Origin: Candidatus Oxydemutatoraceae bacterium
GTDB lineage: Bacteria; Pseudomonadota; Gammaproteobacteria; Poriferisulfidales; Oxydemutatoraceae
Direction of reading: 5' to 3'
Assembly (NCBI GenBank): GCA_965220085.1
Contig: CBDCOZ010000003.1
Coordinates: 1 to 64,000, forward strand
DNA: 64,000 bases
A program made the position numbers and the translations under genes. Shown piece by piece: positions 41,320 through 51,101 of this stretch; the stretch's first letter is position 1, and the number at the start of each line of letters is the position of its first letter. The notes below the pieces were generated by a model. It did no database searches, was not told the DNA's origin, and was given only the letters and a program-made list of their open reading frames with translations.

Positions 41320-42656
41320 TTTTTCTTTACCTTCAATATGTATTCTTCATGATAGGCAAGAACCTTACCCCTTGTTGTTTTAGATGTGAATTTACCGGTA
41401 TCTTTATCGCGATAAGGGGCAATCATTTTGCGAGTATTGGCATCTCTTTTAATGACATCATCCAAATCAAACCCTAAATTCAGTAGCTGCTCCAAAGCTA
41501 CCTGCGCATTAAGTATAGATACCCCAAGAAGATTTGTATTCCCAATAATAATGCAAGCCTTTTTATCTTTTCTCAGTAAGCGATGTATGGATCGAAAGGC
41601 TTTGTTCATTCGCAAAAAATAGGTATTAATTTTGCGAGATAAAGCCTTGTTACTTTGTTCCATTTGCTTAACGATATTTAACGCAATATCGCTACCCAAA
41701 CGATGCGCTGCCTGATTATCTATACAAAGACTACTGCCTATGAAATCATCTATACGAAGGCTGCTGCCTATGAAATAACTCTTGAATGATCTGAAGTCTC
41801 GTATATGCGTCCCCCAATTTTTATATTTTTTATGCCCAAGCCATAGAAGTGTTAATTGATGCAAATCCCCATACTCATAAGAGGTAACATAAGGCGGCGA
41901 AGTAATAATTAAGTCTGCTTTTAACTTACTATGATTTTTTTTAGTAATATCTTGCAGGTAAATATTGCTCGCTAAAGATAGGCGTTTTTCTGCTTTTAAA
42001 TAGTGGTAAAAAATCTCATTTTTTTTCACCATTCTATTTAGATGATTTATAAATGTTTTGAAGACATCAATCTCTTGTTTATTAGAGTCAATCGTTGGTT
42101 TTATGCTTTTCATAAGCCAGCGAGAAGCATTCTTTAAGCAATGCGATAGCGCACAGATAAAAAATTTTTGAATATCTGGCTTTTCCTCTTCTAAAATCGC
42201 ACTGTGAATATGGCTTAGAGCATCATAGCTTCCCTTGGAAAACCAGTATTGAATTCGTTCCGTGGCCTTGTAGTAATCACTGCCCACAGCTTGACTATCT
42301 TCCATCCGTCTTACCAAGCGGTCTTGAGCATCTATAAGCGTATCTGGATTAATTGGCTTTACCTTTACTTCAGTAATAAGTTTTGCAACCGGATTTATAT
42401 CAAAACCAAAGCTTTCTCTGCCATTTATTTTTGCCTCAACTAACGTGGTTCCACACCCGCCGAAAGGGTCACAAACTATATCTTTCTCGTTACATTCTTC
42501 TTCAATTAGTCTCTTTGCTAAAGGGCCAATGAATTTTGCCGGGTAACGATGATAATTATGGGAATATACTTCGTACTTATCGTGTGCAAACGACCACTTG
42601 CCATCAAATGACAATCTCCCAAATCTCTCTTTTACTTCTATTTTTTTTGATGGCAT
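41316..42656 (-). CDS. DNA amino-methyltransferase (N4-C/N6-A)
   Basis: Motifs HRYPAKF, DPFGGCGTT (motif I) and TSPPY (motif IV). Confidence 0.9.
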   Translation of the reverse strand: MPSKKIEVKERFGRLSFDGKWSFAHDKYEVYSHNYHRYPAKFIGPLAKRLIEEECNEKDIVCDPFGGCGTTLVEAKINGRESFGFDINPVAKLITEVKVKPINPDTLIDAQDRLVRRMEDSQAVGSDYYKATERIQYWFSKGSYDALSHIHSAILEEEKPDIQKFFICALSHCLKNASRWLMKSIKPTIDSNKQEIDVFKTFINHLNRMVKKNEIFYHYLKAEKRLSLASNIYLQDITKKNHSKLKADLIITSPPYVTSYEYGDLHQLTLLWLGHKKYKNWGTHIRDFRSFKSYFIGSSLRIDDFIGSSLCIDNQAAHRLGSDIALNIVKQMEQSNKALSRKINTYFLRMNKAFRSIHRLLRKDKKACIIIGNTNLLGVSILNAQVALEQLLNLGFDLDDVIKRDANTRKMIAPYRDKDTGKFTSKTTRGKVLAYHEEYILKVKKK

Positions 42657-42716
42657 GCATCCATTTCCATTTTAGTGCATTGGATGTAGGATTATATCAG
42701 GCTTGATTAGGGGGAA

Positions 42717-42905
42717 TGTATGATGCCATGACATATTGGACACATGGGGCAAGCGTTGTGCTGTGTCATAGGTGCTTGAAGCCTCAGTCCGTAGTGTGGT
42801 TTCTTCGTGGTGTTTTGGTATTAAACCATAGCAGATATTTTATCCGACAATCATTGAATGTCCGCATATCGGTCCTCAACAAACCCGCTTCAAATTCCGC
42901 AAACA
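42717..42905 (-). pseudogene. IS481-like remnant (second copy)
   Basis: Reverse-complement homolog of about 848-1036 (FAEFEAGLLRTDMRTFND.RIKYLLWFNTKTP). Confidence 0.55.
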
Positions 42906-43072
42906 GTTTGTGGAGCACAAACAACTTAAGGAACCACAAACAATTAAATATTGTTTGTGCTCTCATATCGTTTGTGTCTCATTAAGCGTTGTTTGTGTAC
43001 ATACTCCGTATCCTGTCTCACCCCCCTTGCACACCTCATAACACCCCCCTTTTCCGCCGCAGGGTACTCGCG

Positions 43073-44302
43073 CTATCGCAACGGCCCTTCCAAGAAGAGG
43101 CGCAGGCGCAAGCGCAAGTGCAAGGGGCGCACACGGGCGGCGACGGAGCACAGCGGGCCCTCGCTGGCCGGCATCGGGTGGCTGTCCATGAAACTTACGC
43201 AGACTCTTATGTACTGTCCCACCTGGGCCCGGCCTGGGGTGAATACGTTGGTGGTGGCATCGGTGATGGCGGCAAAAGTGCCGTCGCTGGTGGCGGTCTG
43301 TTGCCATTGCCACATCAGAGTATTTCCGTCTATGCCGTTGGGGTCGTTTATGTTTGCCGAGAAAGCGCCCAGCTGGATTCCCTCGACATGGGTGGGAGTC
43401 TGGGCGGTGGGGGCCGGGATTATGGTAGGGCTGCCAGTGGCGTCAACCTGAACCACCGATATCAATCGGATGTTGACTGAAGCGAAGTTGACACTGGTCT
43501 TGTTGTCGGTGCCATCGCTGCCATCGTCCGTCACTTTGAAGTTGAAAGAGGTATAAATGATGCCCGTGTCGTCAGGGTCGCTGGGTTCCTGGTTTGGTAT
43601 AGGGTAATAGGTCAGAGCGCCGGCGTCCAGTTGGGCCACGGTTATGGGGCTTGTGGGTTTGGCGGTCAGGGCTGTGCCATTCAGGGCCAGAGTGCCGAAG
43701 TTACGGGATGGCAAGTTCTCTATGATGACGCTGGCCAGCATATCTTTATCAACATCGTTGAACGGAAAGTCGGTTGCCTCGAACACATAAGGGTCGGCGG
43801 CATTGGCGTTGACACTTACACCTATGGCTGTGTTGCTTCTTCTTGCCACTGGCGCATCGTTGATGTTGGCCACAGCGGCGGTTATCTGCAGGCATCGCTC
43901 CTCCATATTGGGGGTGGCGGCCATATCCATGAACGATGCGCAGACTCGCAGAAACTTGCCCACCTGATCATCGCCCGGAGTGAATGCGGCATTGGTCGCA
44001 CCGGAGATATTGGCGTAGTCACCGCCGTTGGTGTCGGCTGCGCTCCACTGCCAACTGAATGTGCCCAGGCCATCGGTATCGTCTATGGCGGTGGAACCGT
44101 TGCCGCCGTTGGCGGTGATGGCGGAGTCCTCAGTGGGAACGTTTATGCCGCTGGCGTAGGTAACCCCCGGCATGCCGGTAGCATTGCTCTGCGCCTGCGC
44201 TTGAGCGGATACGATGAAAAGCGCGAGCAGAGCGAGCGACTGGAGGCTAAGCCGTGTCATTGCTACCTGCCAATTCGGGGAGGAGCGGAGTACTTGCATC
44301 AT
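43073..44302 (-). CDS. Secreted Ig/cadherin-like protein with RLRLRLFLEGPLR tag (copy 5)
   Basis: Own signal peptide ending SAQAQAQ, then Ig-cadherin-Ig modules. ATGA overlap with the upstream paralog. Confidence 0.85.
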   Translation of the reverse strand: MMQVLRSSPNWQVAMTRLSLQSLALLALFIVSAQAQAQSNATGMPGVTYASGINVPTEDSAITANGGNGSTAIDDTDGLGTFSWQWSAADTNGGDYANISGATNAAFTPGDDQVGKFLRVCASFMDMAATPNMEERCLQITAAVANINDAPVARRSNTAIGVSVNANAADPYVFEATDFPFNDVDKDMLASVIIENLPSRNFGTLALNGTALTAKPTSPITVAQLDAGALTYYPIPNQEPSDPDDTGIIYTSFNFKVTDDGSDGTDNKTSVNFASVNIRLISVVQVDATGSPTIIPAPTAQTPTHVEGIQLGAFSANINDPNGIDGNTLMWQWQQTATSDGTFAAITDATTNVFTPGRAQVGQYIRVCVSFMDSHPMPASEGPLCSVAARVRPLHLRLRLRLFLEGPLR

Positions 44303-45170
44303 CGCAACGGGCCCTCAAGGAAGAGGCGCAGGCGCAAGCGCAGAGACAGATTGTCCACCAGAATGCCGTCGCTACACAGCGGCCCTTCCGATTCGGACAT
44401 GGAAAACTGATCCTTGAAAGAAACGCAGGTGCGCACATACCTGCTCAGTTGGGCGGCAGTCGGTGCGAAGAGGGAGGAAGAAGTAGCATCCTTTATGTCG
44501 ATGTAATCACCGGTTTTGGGAACGCCACTGACGGGGGCATCGGCCTGTTGCCACTGCCAACTCAGGGTGCCGACATCAATGCCGTTGGGGTCTGTCACAC
44601 CGGTAATGGAAGCTCTGATTCGGCCCGTGTCCGTGGCGGCGATTGTGGGAGCGCCGCTGGCGGCCATCTGCGTGTCTGCTCCCGCCAGATTGATGGTCAT
44701 GGTGGCCGTTGAACTCGTCCTGCCATCGCGAATGTTGAAGATGAAACTGGTATAACCAGGGGTAACAGAGATAGCATCGGCAGGAGGGGCGTATCTGGAA
44801 CGACTGTGATTCCCCAAAGGTTTCTCAAAATCGCTTGGGAAGAAGAAGGCAACATGAGCATCTCTGGTTGCAGAACTCACATGGGCGGCAAGATCCTGAC
44901 CATTTCCCCTGGTCAGGGTGCCGCGCTCAGGATAACTTACAAAGCTCAGCGAACCTGAGGCAAAGCCGGAGAAGTCAGCCAATACGAAGGTATAACTGCC
45001 ACTGCCGAGGACAATATCAACACTGCTGTCCCGGGCTTGGGCATCGGCCCGGTTTGCGCCCAATGCCAAGCACAAGGCGAGCAACAAGAGCGGCCAGAGG
45101 CCGCACCCGTTTAAGTCAATGCGGGGGGGGGGGGGGGGGGGGGCAGTGTTGGATCGAACGTTGCAAACAT
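44299..45170 (-). CDS. Secreted Ig/cadherin-like protein with RLRLRLFLEGPLR tag (copy 4), out of frame at poly-C (OFF)
   Basis: ATG at 45170 and a C21 tract (G21 at 45123-45143 on the plus strand). Adding one C fuses it to RIDLNGCGLWPLLLLAL... and the 45087-44299 ORF. Confidence 0.75.
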
Positions 45171-45189
45171 CTTAATACGCCCTCGTGAA

Positions 45190-46571
45190 GGGAATTATGT
45201 ATTTAACTTGACAGAGGCAGATTATGTCAGGCAGGAAACTTGACAAAGATACCAGTACGCTATATACCTATATCTTAATTCGTTGTTAAACCACTTTGGG
45301 GATTAGGACTATGAGTAAGAGAAAAGCAGAAATATTAAGCCTATATCAGATTATGGAGCAATACCCGACCGATGAAGCGACCATACGATACCTTGAAAGT
45401 CTGGCATGGAGTGATAAGCCGGTATGTTCTAAATGCGGATGTGATAACAAAATTACAGAGCAAAAGAAAGCTGGCGATTATTGGTGCGGTAGCTGTCGTT
45501 CATACTTCAATGTATTCACCAATACACCGCTAGAGCGGAATAAAGTAGATGCCAGAAAATGGGTTTATGCTTCCTATACCCTGCTCACTTCACGCAAAGG
45601 GATAAGCAGTCTGCAATTAAGCAAAGAGATTGGAGTGCAACAAAGAACAGCGTGGTATATGCTTCACCGCTTGCGGGTTATATGTGGCGGGGATATGCAG
45701 GCGCTGCATGGGCAAGTAGAGACAGATGAAACTTATATCGGCGGCAAGGAGAAAAACCGCCATCCCAACAAGAAAAAGCGGGCGGGTCGCGGTGGTGCTG
45801 GCAAGACTGCTATACTGGGTATGCGAGAGCGTAAAGGCAGAGTAAAGGCCATGCCAGTAGAGAACACTACAAAGGAAACACTACAGACCGCCGTACATAA
45901 AAATGTCCGCAAGGGTTCTACCCTTTTTACTGATGAAAACCCCTCATACAATGGTGTTGCCAATCGCCACTATGCGGTTAATCATTCTGCGAAGGAATAT
46001 GTAAATGGTATGGCGCACACTAACGGCATAGAATCCGTATGGGCTGTACTCAAGAGAGGTTTTAGCGGTGTGTATCACAACTGGAGTAAGAAGCATTGCA
46101 GGGCTTATGTCAATGAGTTTTCCTTCCGTCTTAACGATGGCAATTGTGAGATAGATACCCAAGACAGATTAAACAGTTTGTTTGCCGGTATGCACGGCAA
46201 GCAGATTACTTATAAGGAATTGACAGGATGAAAACCACCCACAGCATAACTACAGTTTCGGTGAAGGTAGATAATTCAAAAAGGGTTCCTTTGAAATAGA
46301 TTTATCGGTGGTGCTATCCTTCCTTTGAGTATGAAATAGACAATGTAGAGCATGACACATCTAATCAGTCAGATATGCAAATATGAAACAGAAAGACTTA
46401 GACAGAGCGGCTACGGCACTACTTAAAGCAGGGAAACCGCCGAAGGATAAAGATTGCCCGATACCGACAAAAGCAGACTTAAACCGTAAGTTTGTCATGC
46501 GGGTAGACCGTCAAGGCAAACCCACAATTATTGAGAAATAATACCTCTGTCAAGTTAAATACATAATTCCC
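45190..46571 (+). mobile_element. IS1595-family insertion sequence, copy 2 (1382 bp)
   Basis: Same TIRs as copy 1 and 8-bp TSD CTCGTGAA. One difference from copy 1 was noticed. Confidence 0.95.
45311..46231 (+). CDS. IS1595-family DDE transposase
   Basis: Protein identical to copy 1. Confidence 0.95.
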   Translation: MSKRKAEILSLYQIMEQYPTDEATIRYLESLAWSDKPVCSKCGCDNKITEQKKAGDYWCGSCRSYFNVFTNTPLERNKVDARKWVYASYTLLTSRKGISSLQLSKEIGVQQRTAWYMLHRLRVICGGDMQALHGQVETDETYIGGKEKNRHPNKKKRAGRGGAGKTAILGMRERKGRVKAMPVENTTKETLQTAVHKNVRKGSTLFTDENPSYNGVANRHYAVNHSAKEYVNGMAHTNGIESVWAVLKRGFSGVYHNWSKKHCRAYVNEFSFRLNDGNCEIDTQDRLNSLFAGMHGKQITYKELTG

Positions 46572-46919
46572 CTCGTGAAGTTTGCATTATATAAGATCTT
46601 CGCACCCGCCTGCGAGCAAGCGCATACATCTCGGTGATGCCTAGATTATATAGAATATTTCCCATTGGGTCTCCCGCAACCTACATTAAACAATCCGCAA
46701 ACAGCTAAATGTTGCTTGCGTACATATTGTCCACAATCCGCGAATAACTGAGCACTGTTTGCGTACACATTGTCCGTCCGCCTGTAAAACCCGCACTATA
46801 CACGATTTGCACCCGCCTTGCAACCGGCAGGAATCCGGAATGTTTCCGGCATTATTCGCTGTCGGGCGGCGGGGTCAAGATGCAAGCCCCGACAACCGCA
46901 TCCGAATGATGTAAAATCT

Positions 46920-47237
46920 ATGCCTATGGGAGATAGCAACACAGCGGGAAAATTAGGTCGCAGTCTGACCTGGGCTTTTGTGATCGCCGCATGGGGGCTC
47001 ACGATCGCGTTGGTTTATCATTTGCTATCGGGCACATTTGAGAGCGGTCGCAGTTGTCAAACAGATTGCGTAAAAACCATCTATTGGTCGGCCTTCATCG
47101 CCGCGCTCGCCGGGATCGCCGCCGGCTTTGCAACCAGAAAGTCTGGCGGCTCTCTGTCCTTTGCCATCAAAATGGGGGCCTTGTTTCTTCTGCTGGCAAT
47201 GTTTGCGGTGACGATGTTCATCGGAACATTTCTATAA
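46920..47237 (+). CDS. Small membrane protein (3 TM)
   Basis: Three hydrophobic segments with a CQTDC loop. Confidence 0.55.
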   Translation: MPMGDSNTAGKLGRSLTWAFVIAAWGLTIALVYHLLSGTFESGRSCQTDCVKTIYWSAFIAALAGIAAGFATRKSGGSLSFAIKMGALFLLLAMFAVTMFIGTFL

Positions 47238-47248
47238 ATCGCGCGCGC

Positions 47249-49315
47249 TCACACTTCCGCATAACGCGCGAGGCGCCCCAGCCATCTGTCGATCAGTTCA
47301 TTGCTTAACTGCGGGTGTTCAAGCAGAAATTCTTCCGCAATCTGGGTGACGTGTCGCACCAACTCGGCATCACGGGACAGGTCGGCCACCCTGAAATACA
47401 TTTGCCCCGTTTGCCGCGTGCCCATGATCTCGCCCGGGCCGCGCAAGCGCATATCTTCGCGGGCAATCTCAAAGCCGTCGTTTGACTTGCGCAATATCTC
47501 AATCCGTCGCTTTGCTTTGTCCGACAACGGAGGCTTATAAACCAGCACGCAGGCGCTCTGACGCTCGCCCCTGCCGACACGACCGCGCAACTGATGCAAC
47601 TGCGCGAGCCCCATGCGTTCGGCATTCTCAATGACCATCAAAGATGCGTTGGGAACATCCACGCCGACTTCCACCACGGTGGTCGCAACGAGGACATCTA
47701 TCTCGCCGCGCTTAAACTTTTGCATCGCTTCTTCTTTTTTGCTCGGGTGCAACTGGCCGTGAACGAGCCCCATGCGCAGTTTGGGCAGATGCTTCTTGAG
47801 GTGGCGGAAGCTGTCTTCGGCGGTGCGGCATTGCAGTGTTTCCGACCCTTCAATCAGGGTGCAAACCCAGTACGCCTGCGCACCCTGCGCACAGGCCTCG
47901 CCGATCCGCTTGACGACTTCGGCGCGGCGCTCCTCGGACAGGGCGACGGTCTGTATCGGCTTGCGACCCGGCGGCATCTCATCGATCACCGAGTAATCCA
48001 AGTCGGCATACATCACCATCGCAAGGCTTCGCGGAATCGGTGTCGCCGTCATAATCAGTTGGTGCGGGTCGCAGTCTTCTTCTTTGCCTTTTTCTTTCAG
48101 CAACAATCTCTGGTGCACGCCAAACCGGTGTTTCTCATCGACAACGATCAGCGACAGGTTTTCAAACTCAACCGCCTCTTGAAACAGCGCGTGGGTGCCG
48201 ATGACCAGCCGCGCCGCCCCCTGACGAATATGGCGCAACAGGGCCGAGCGCTCTTTTGCTTTCTGCCTGCCGCTGACCATGCACATCGTAACGCCCAGCG
48301 CTTCCATCAACGGGCGCAGGTTGCTTGCATGCTGCTCGGCAAGAATCTCGGTCGGCGCCATCAGCGCCGCCTGATAACCGCATTCAATCGCTTGTAACAA
48401 AGCGGCTACCGCCACCAATGTCTTGCCGGAACCGACATCGCCCTGCGCCAGCCGCATCATCGGTCTTGGCCGCGCAATATCTTCGCGCACTTCGGCTATC
48501 ACCCGCTTTTGTGCGGCGGTCAATTCAAACGGAAGTTGTTCCAGCAACTTCCCGAACAGTTTGCCTTCGCATTTGAGGGCTATCGCTTTGCGCCGGTGCT
48601 CCTCGCTGCGCAGACGCTTGAGGCTGAGCATGTTTGCAAGCAATTCTTCAAACGCCAGACGGCGATGGGCGGGGTTGTGGCCATTCGCCAATGACTGCAA
48701 ATCAGTCCCCGCCGGCGGGCGGTGAATCAGGTTTATCGCTTCCTGCAAGGATAACTTGCCGATGCCTTCGCGCATATCGGGCGGCAACAATTCTTTCAAG
48801 CGGTTCTCGGGTTGTGCGAGCCAAGCGAGCGCCTGATCGGTGATCTTCAACAGGTTCTTTTGTTGCACCCCTTCGGTGCTCGGGTAAACCGGCGTGTAGC
48901 ACCGCTCTACCGGAACGGGTCTGTCGGCGGTGAAACGATATTCGGGGTGTATCATCTCGGGGCGGCCCCGCGCCAGACGACATTCTCCGTACGCATAGAC
49001 CTCGCTCCCTTGCGCAAAACTTCTTTCCTGCGCCGTGGAAAAATGGAAAAAGCGCAACTGCACGGTTCCGCTCTCATCCCCGACCTCAACGAGCAGCGTC
49101 CGCCGCCTGCCATACGCCACACGCGCAGAAAGCACACGTCCGGCAATCAGCGCGTTCAAATCCGAGCGCAGTTGCCCTATCGGCAACACACGGGTGCGAT
49201 CCTGATAACGCAGCGGAAAGTGGAACAGGACATCCTCAACGCTCTCAATGCCGAGTTTGTCAAGGCGCGAAGCAATCGCCTCCCCAATTCCCTTGAGCGC
49301 GGTAATCGGAGTCAT
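47249..49315 (-). CDS. recG: ATP-dependent DNA helicase RecG
   Basis: Motifs QGDVGSGKT, DEKHRFG, TATPIPR and QLHQLRGRVGRG. Confidence 0.97.
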   Translation of the reverse strand: MTPITALKGIGEAIASRLDKLGIESVEDVLFHFPLRYQDRTRVLPIGQLRSDLNALIAGRVLSARVAYGRRRTLLVEVGDESGTVQLRFFHFSTAQERSFAQGSEVYAYGECRLARGRPEMIHPEYRFTADRPVPVERCYTPVYPSTEGVQQKNLLKITDQALAWLAQPENRLKELLPPDMREGIGKLSLQEAINLIHRPPAGTDLQSLANGHNPAHRRLAFEELLANMLSLKRLRSEEHRRKAIALKCEGKLFGKLLEQLPFELTAAQKRVIAEVREDIARPRPMMRLAQGDVGSGKTLVAVAALLQAIECGYQAALMAPTEILAEQHASNLRPLMEALGVTMCMVSGRQKAKERSALLRHIRQGAARLVIGTHALFQEAVEFENLSLIVVDEKHRFGVHQRLLLKEKGKEEDCDPHQLIMTATPIPRSLAMVMYADLDYSVIDEMPPGRKPIQTVALSEERRAEVVKRIGEACAQGAQAYWVCTLIEGSETLQCRTAEDSFRHLKKHLPKLRMGLVHGQLHPSKKEEAMQKFKRGEIDVLVATTVVEVGVDVPNASLMVIENAERMGLAQLHQLRGRVGRGERQSACVLVYKPPLSDKAKRRIEILRKSNDGFEIAREDMRLRGPGEIMGTRQTGQMYFRVADLSRDAELVRHVTQIAEEFLLEHPQLSNELIDRWLGRLARYAEV

Positions 49316-49347
49316 CGTCAGGCGAAAGGTATGGGATGGGGCCGGCT

Positions 49348-49731
49348 TCAGGCAACAACCATAATCGCTTCAACTTCAACCGCGGCACCTTTGGGCAACG
49401 CGGCGACGCCGACCGTCGCGCGCGCCGGATACGGCTTGTCAAAGTACGCTTCCATCACCTCGTTCACTGTCGGGAAGTCGGCCAACTCGGTCAAGTAGAT
49501 GCCGAGCTTGACGATATCCGACAACTGTCCGCCAGCCGCCTCGCAGACCGCCCGCAGGTTCTCAAACACCCGCTCTGTCTGCGCCCGTATATCGCCCTCC
49601 GCCAACTCCATCGTCGCGGGTTGCAGGGGTATCTGTCCCGACAGGTATACGACATTGCCGACCCGCACCGCCTGTGAGTACGGGCCGATAGCGTCCGGTG
49701 CGTTGTTTGTTTGAATAGGTTCTTTGGACAT
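49348..49731 (-). CDS. ridA: RidA/YjgF family protein
   Basis: Motifs [16 protein letters not shown] and YPARA. Confidence 0.93.
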   Translation of the reverse strand: MSKEPIQTNNAPDAIGPYSQAVRVGNVVYLSGQIPLQPATMELAEGDIRAQTERVFENLRAVCEAAGGQLSDIVKLGIYLTELADFPTVNEVMEAYFDKPYPARATVGVAALPKGAAVEVEAIMVVA

Positions 49732-49856
49732 GTTTTCCTCCTTCTAATGTGCGCTGTCGGCCTTTAAGCCGACTCTATAAACTTCTGTGTTGGCGACATT
49801 CTTTGTTATGCCGCGCATAATATTATTCAATACCTTTTTGCTTTTAACGCCGATAA
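49667..49856. repeat. 190-bp direct repeat, left copy (spoT 3' end plus ridA 5' end)
   Basis: Matches 53173-53362 with one mismatch noticed. Confidence 0.95.
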
Positions 49857-50086
49857 TAAAAGAGTCAACGACGATACGGCGATACTGCCAGAGCTCAGCG
49901 GGCGATATTTGGCGACGAATGACTTATAAGCAGACACTTCGTTCCGCCACCCGCCGAATGCCACAACCTCTTGCGACATATCCGCCATACCTCGTGACCT
50001 TTCTTTATTGTATCTGTCTGTGCCACACTGTACACTATAGACAAGAATTTCCGGCGCATCTGCAGATATACTTTTGAAATAAACTA

Positions 50087-50983
50087 ATGAATAAAAGCTT
50101 TCTAAACAAAGTGTTCTATAAAAACGCTCAGAATATGAGCGAAGTTCCCGATGAGGCAGTTGACCTCATTGTCACATCGCCGCCATACTTCAACATCAAA
50201 GATTACACAAAGGACGGCTATCAAAAGATTTCAAAAGCGGAAAGGCACATAAATCAACTGGGAGATATTGACGACTACCAAATTTTTATCAATGAGTTGC
50301 TGAAAGTATGGAACGAATGTGAAAGAGTTTTGAAACCAAATGGGAAAATGATAATAAATACTCCGCTTATGCCGATGAAGAAAGCGGATTATTTGACACA
50401 TTACAACAGACACATATTTGATCTTAATTCTGATATACAGCAGTCAATCCTGCGTCAAGAAGAGACAAAGATATTTCTGTACGATGTTTATATCTGGGAC
50501 CGCGCCAACCCGAGCAAAAAGCTGATGTTTGGCAGTTATCCGTATCCGCGAAACTTCTATGCGCAAAATACAAGCGAGTTCGTAACCGTTTATGTGAAGG
50601 ACGGCAAGCCGATAAATGATTCTCCCAGAGAAGTCAAAGAAGCGAGCAGACTCACCGAGGAAGAATGGGTTGAGTTCACAAAACAGGTTTGGCGAATACC
50701 TGTCCCCGGCAGGGATGATATTGCTTTTGGAAAACATAGCGCGCTTATGCCGGAGGAAATAGTTTATCGTTGCGTGAGACTGTTTACTTATGTTGATGAT
50801 GTGGTTCTTGACCCCTTCGCGGGGAGCGGGACAACGCTGAAGGTGGCAAAAGAAGCGAAGCGCAATTTTATCGGATACGAAGTGATGAGTAATTACAAAG
50901 AAGTGATTAATAAGAAGCTCATAGAAGCCGAAAGAAAACTCAGCGGAAATTATCCCAACGAGCAATTATGCATAGAGGCCTAG
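50087..50983 (+). CDS. Beta-class DNA methyltransferase (probably m4C, M2.MboII-like)
   Basis: TSPPY comes before DPFAGSGTT. Confidence 0.85.
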   Translation: MNKSFLNKVFYKNAQNMSEVPDEAVDLIVTSPPYFNIKDYTKDGYQKISKAERHINQLGDIDDYQIFINELLKVWNECERVLKPNGKMIINTPLMPMKKADYLTHYNRHIFDLNSDIQQSILRQEETKIFLYDVYIWDRANPSKKLMFGSYPYPRNFYAQNTSEFVTVYVKDGKPINDSPREVKEASRLTEEEWVEFTKQVWRIPVPGRDDIAFGKHSALMPEEIVYRCVRLFTYVDDVVLDPFAGSGTTLKVAKEAKRNFIGYEVMSNYKEVINKKLIEAERKLSGNYPNEQLCIEA

Positions 50984-51101
50984 TTTATACTTGTGATTCG
51001 GCCTTTGGCTATCCGCAGAGAATGGGAAAGAACGGAGGCGCGACTTTATTGGCCGGGAAGTAGCGGGGGTTAACACAGGCCGAAAGAAAGCCCAAGAGAT
51101 T

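Noticed and set aside
36089-46571. Composite transposon formed by the two IS1595 copies carrying the defence operon
   Set aside because: Each copy has its own distinct 8-bp TSD (TTTTGTAT, CTCGTGAA), so they are independent insertions.
49787-50077. ORF sharing its N-terminus with 53293-53577
   Set aside because: It is an antisense by-product of the 190-bp duplication of the spoT 3' end.
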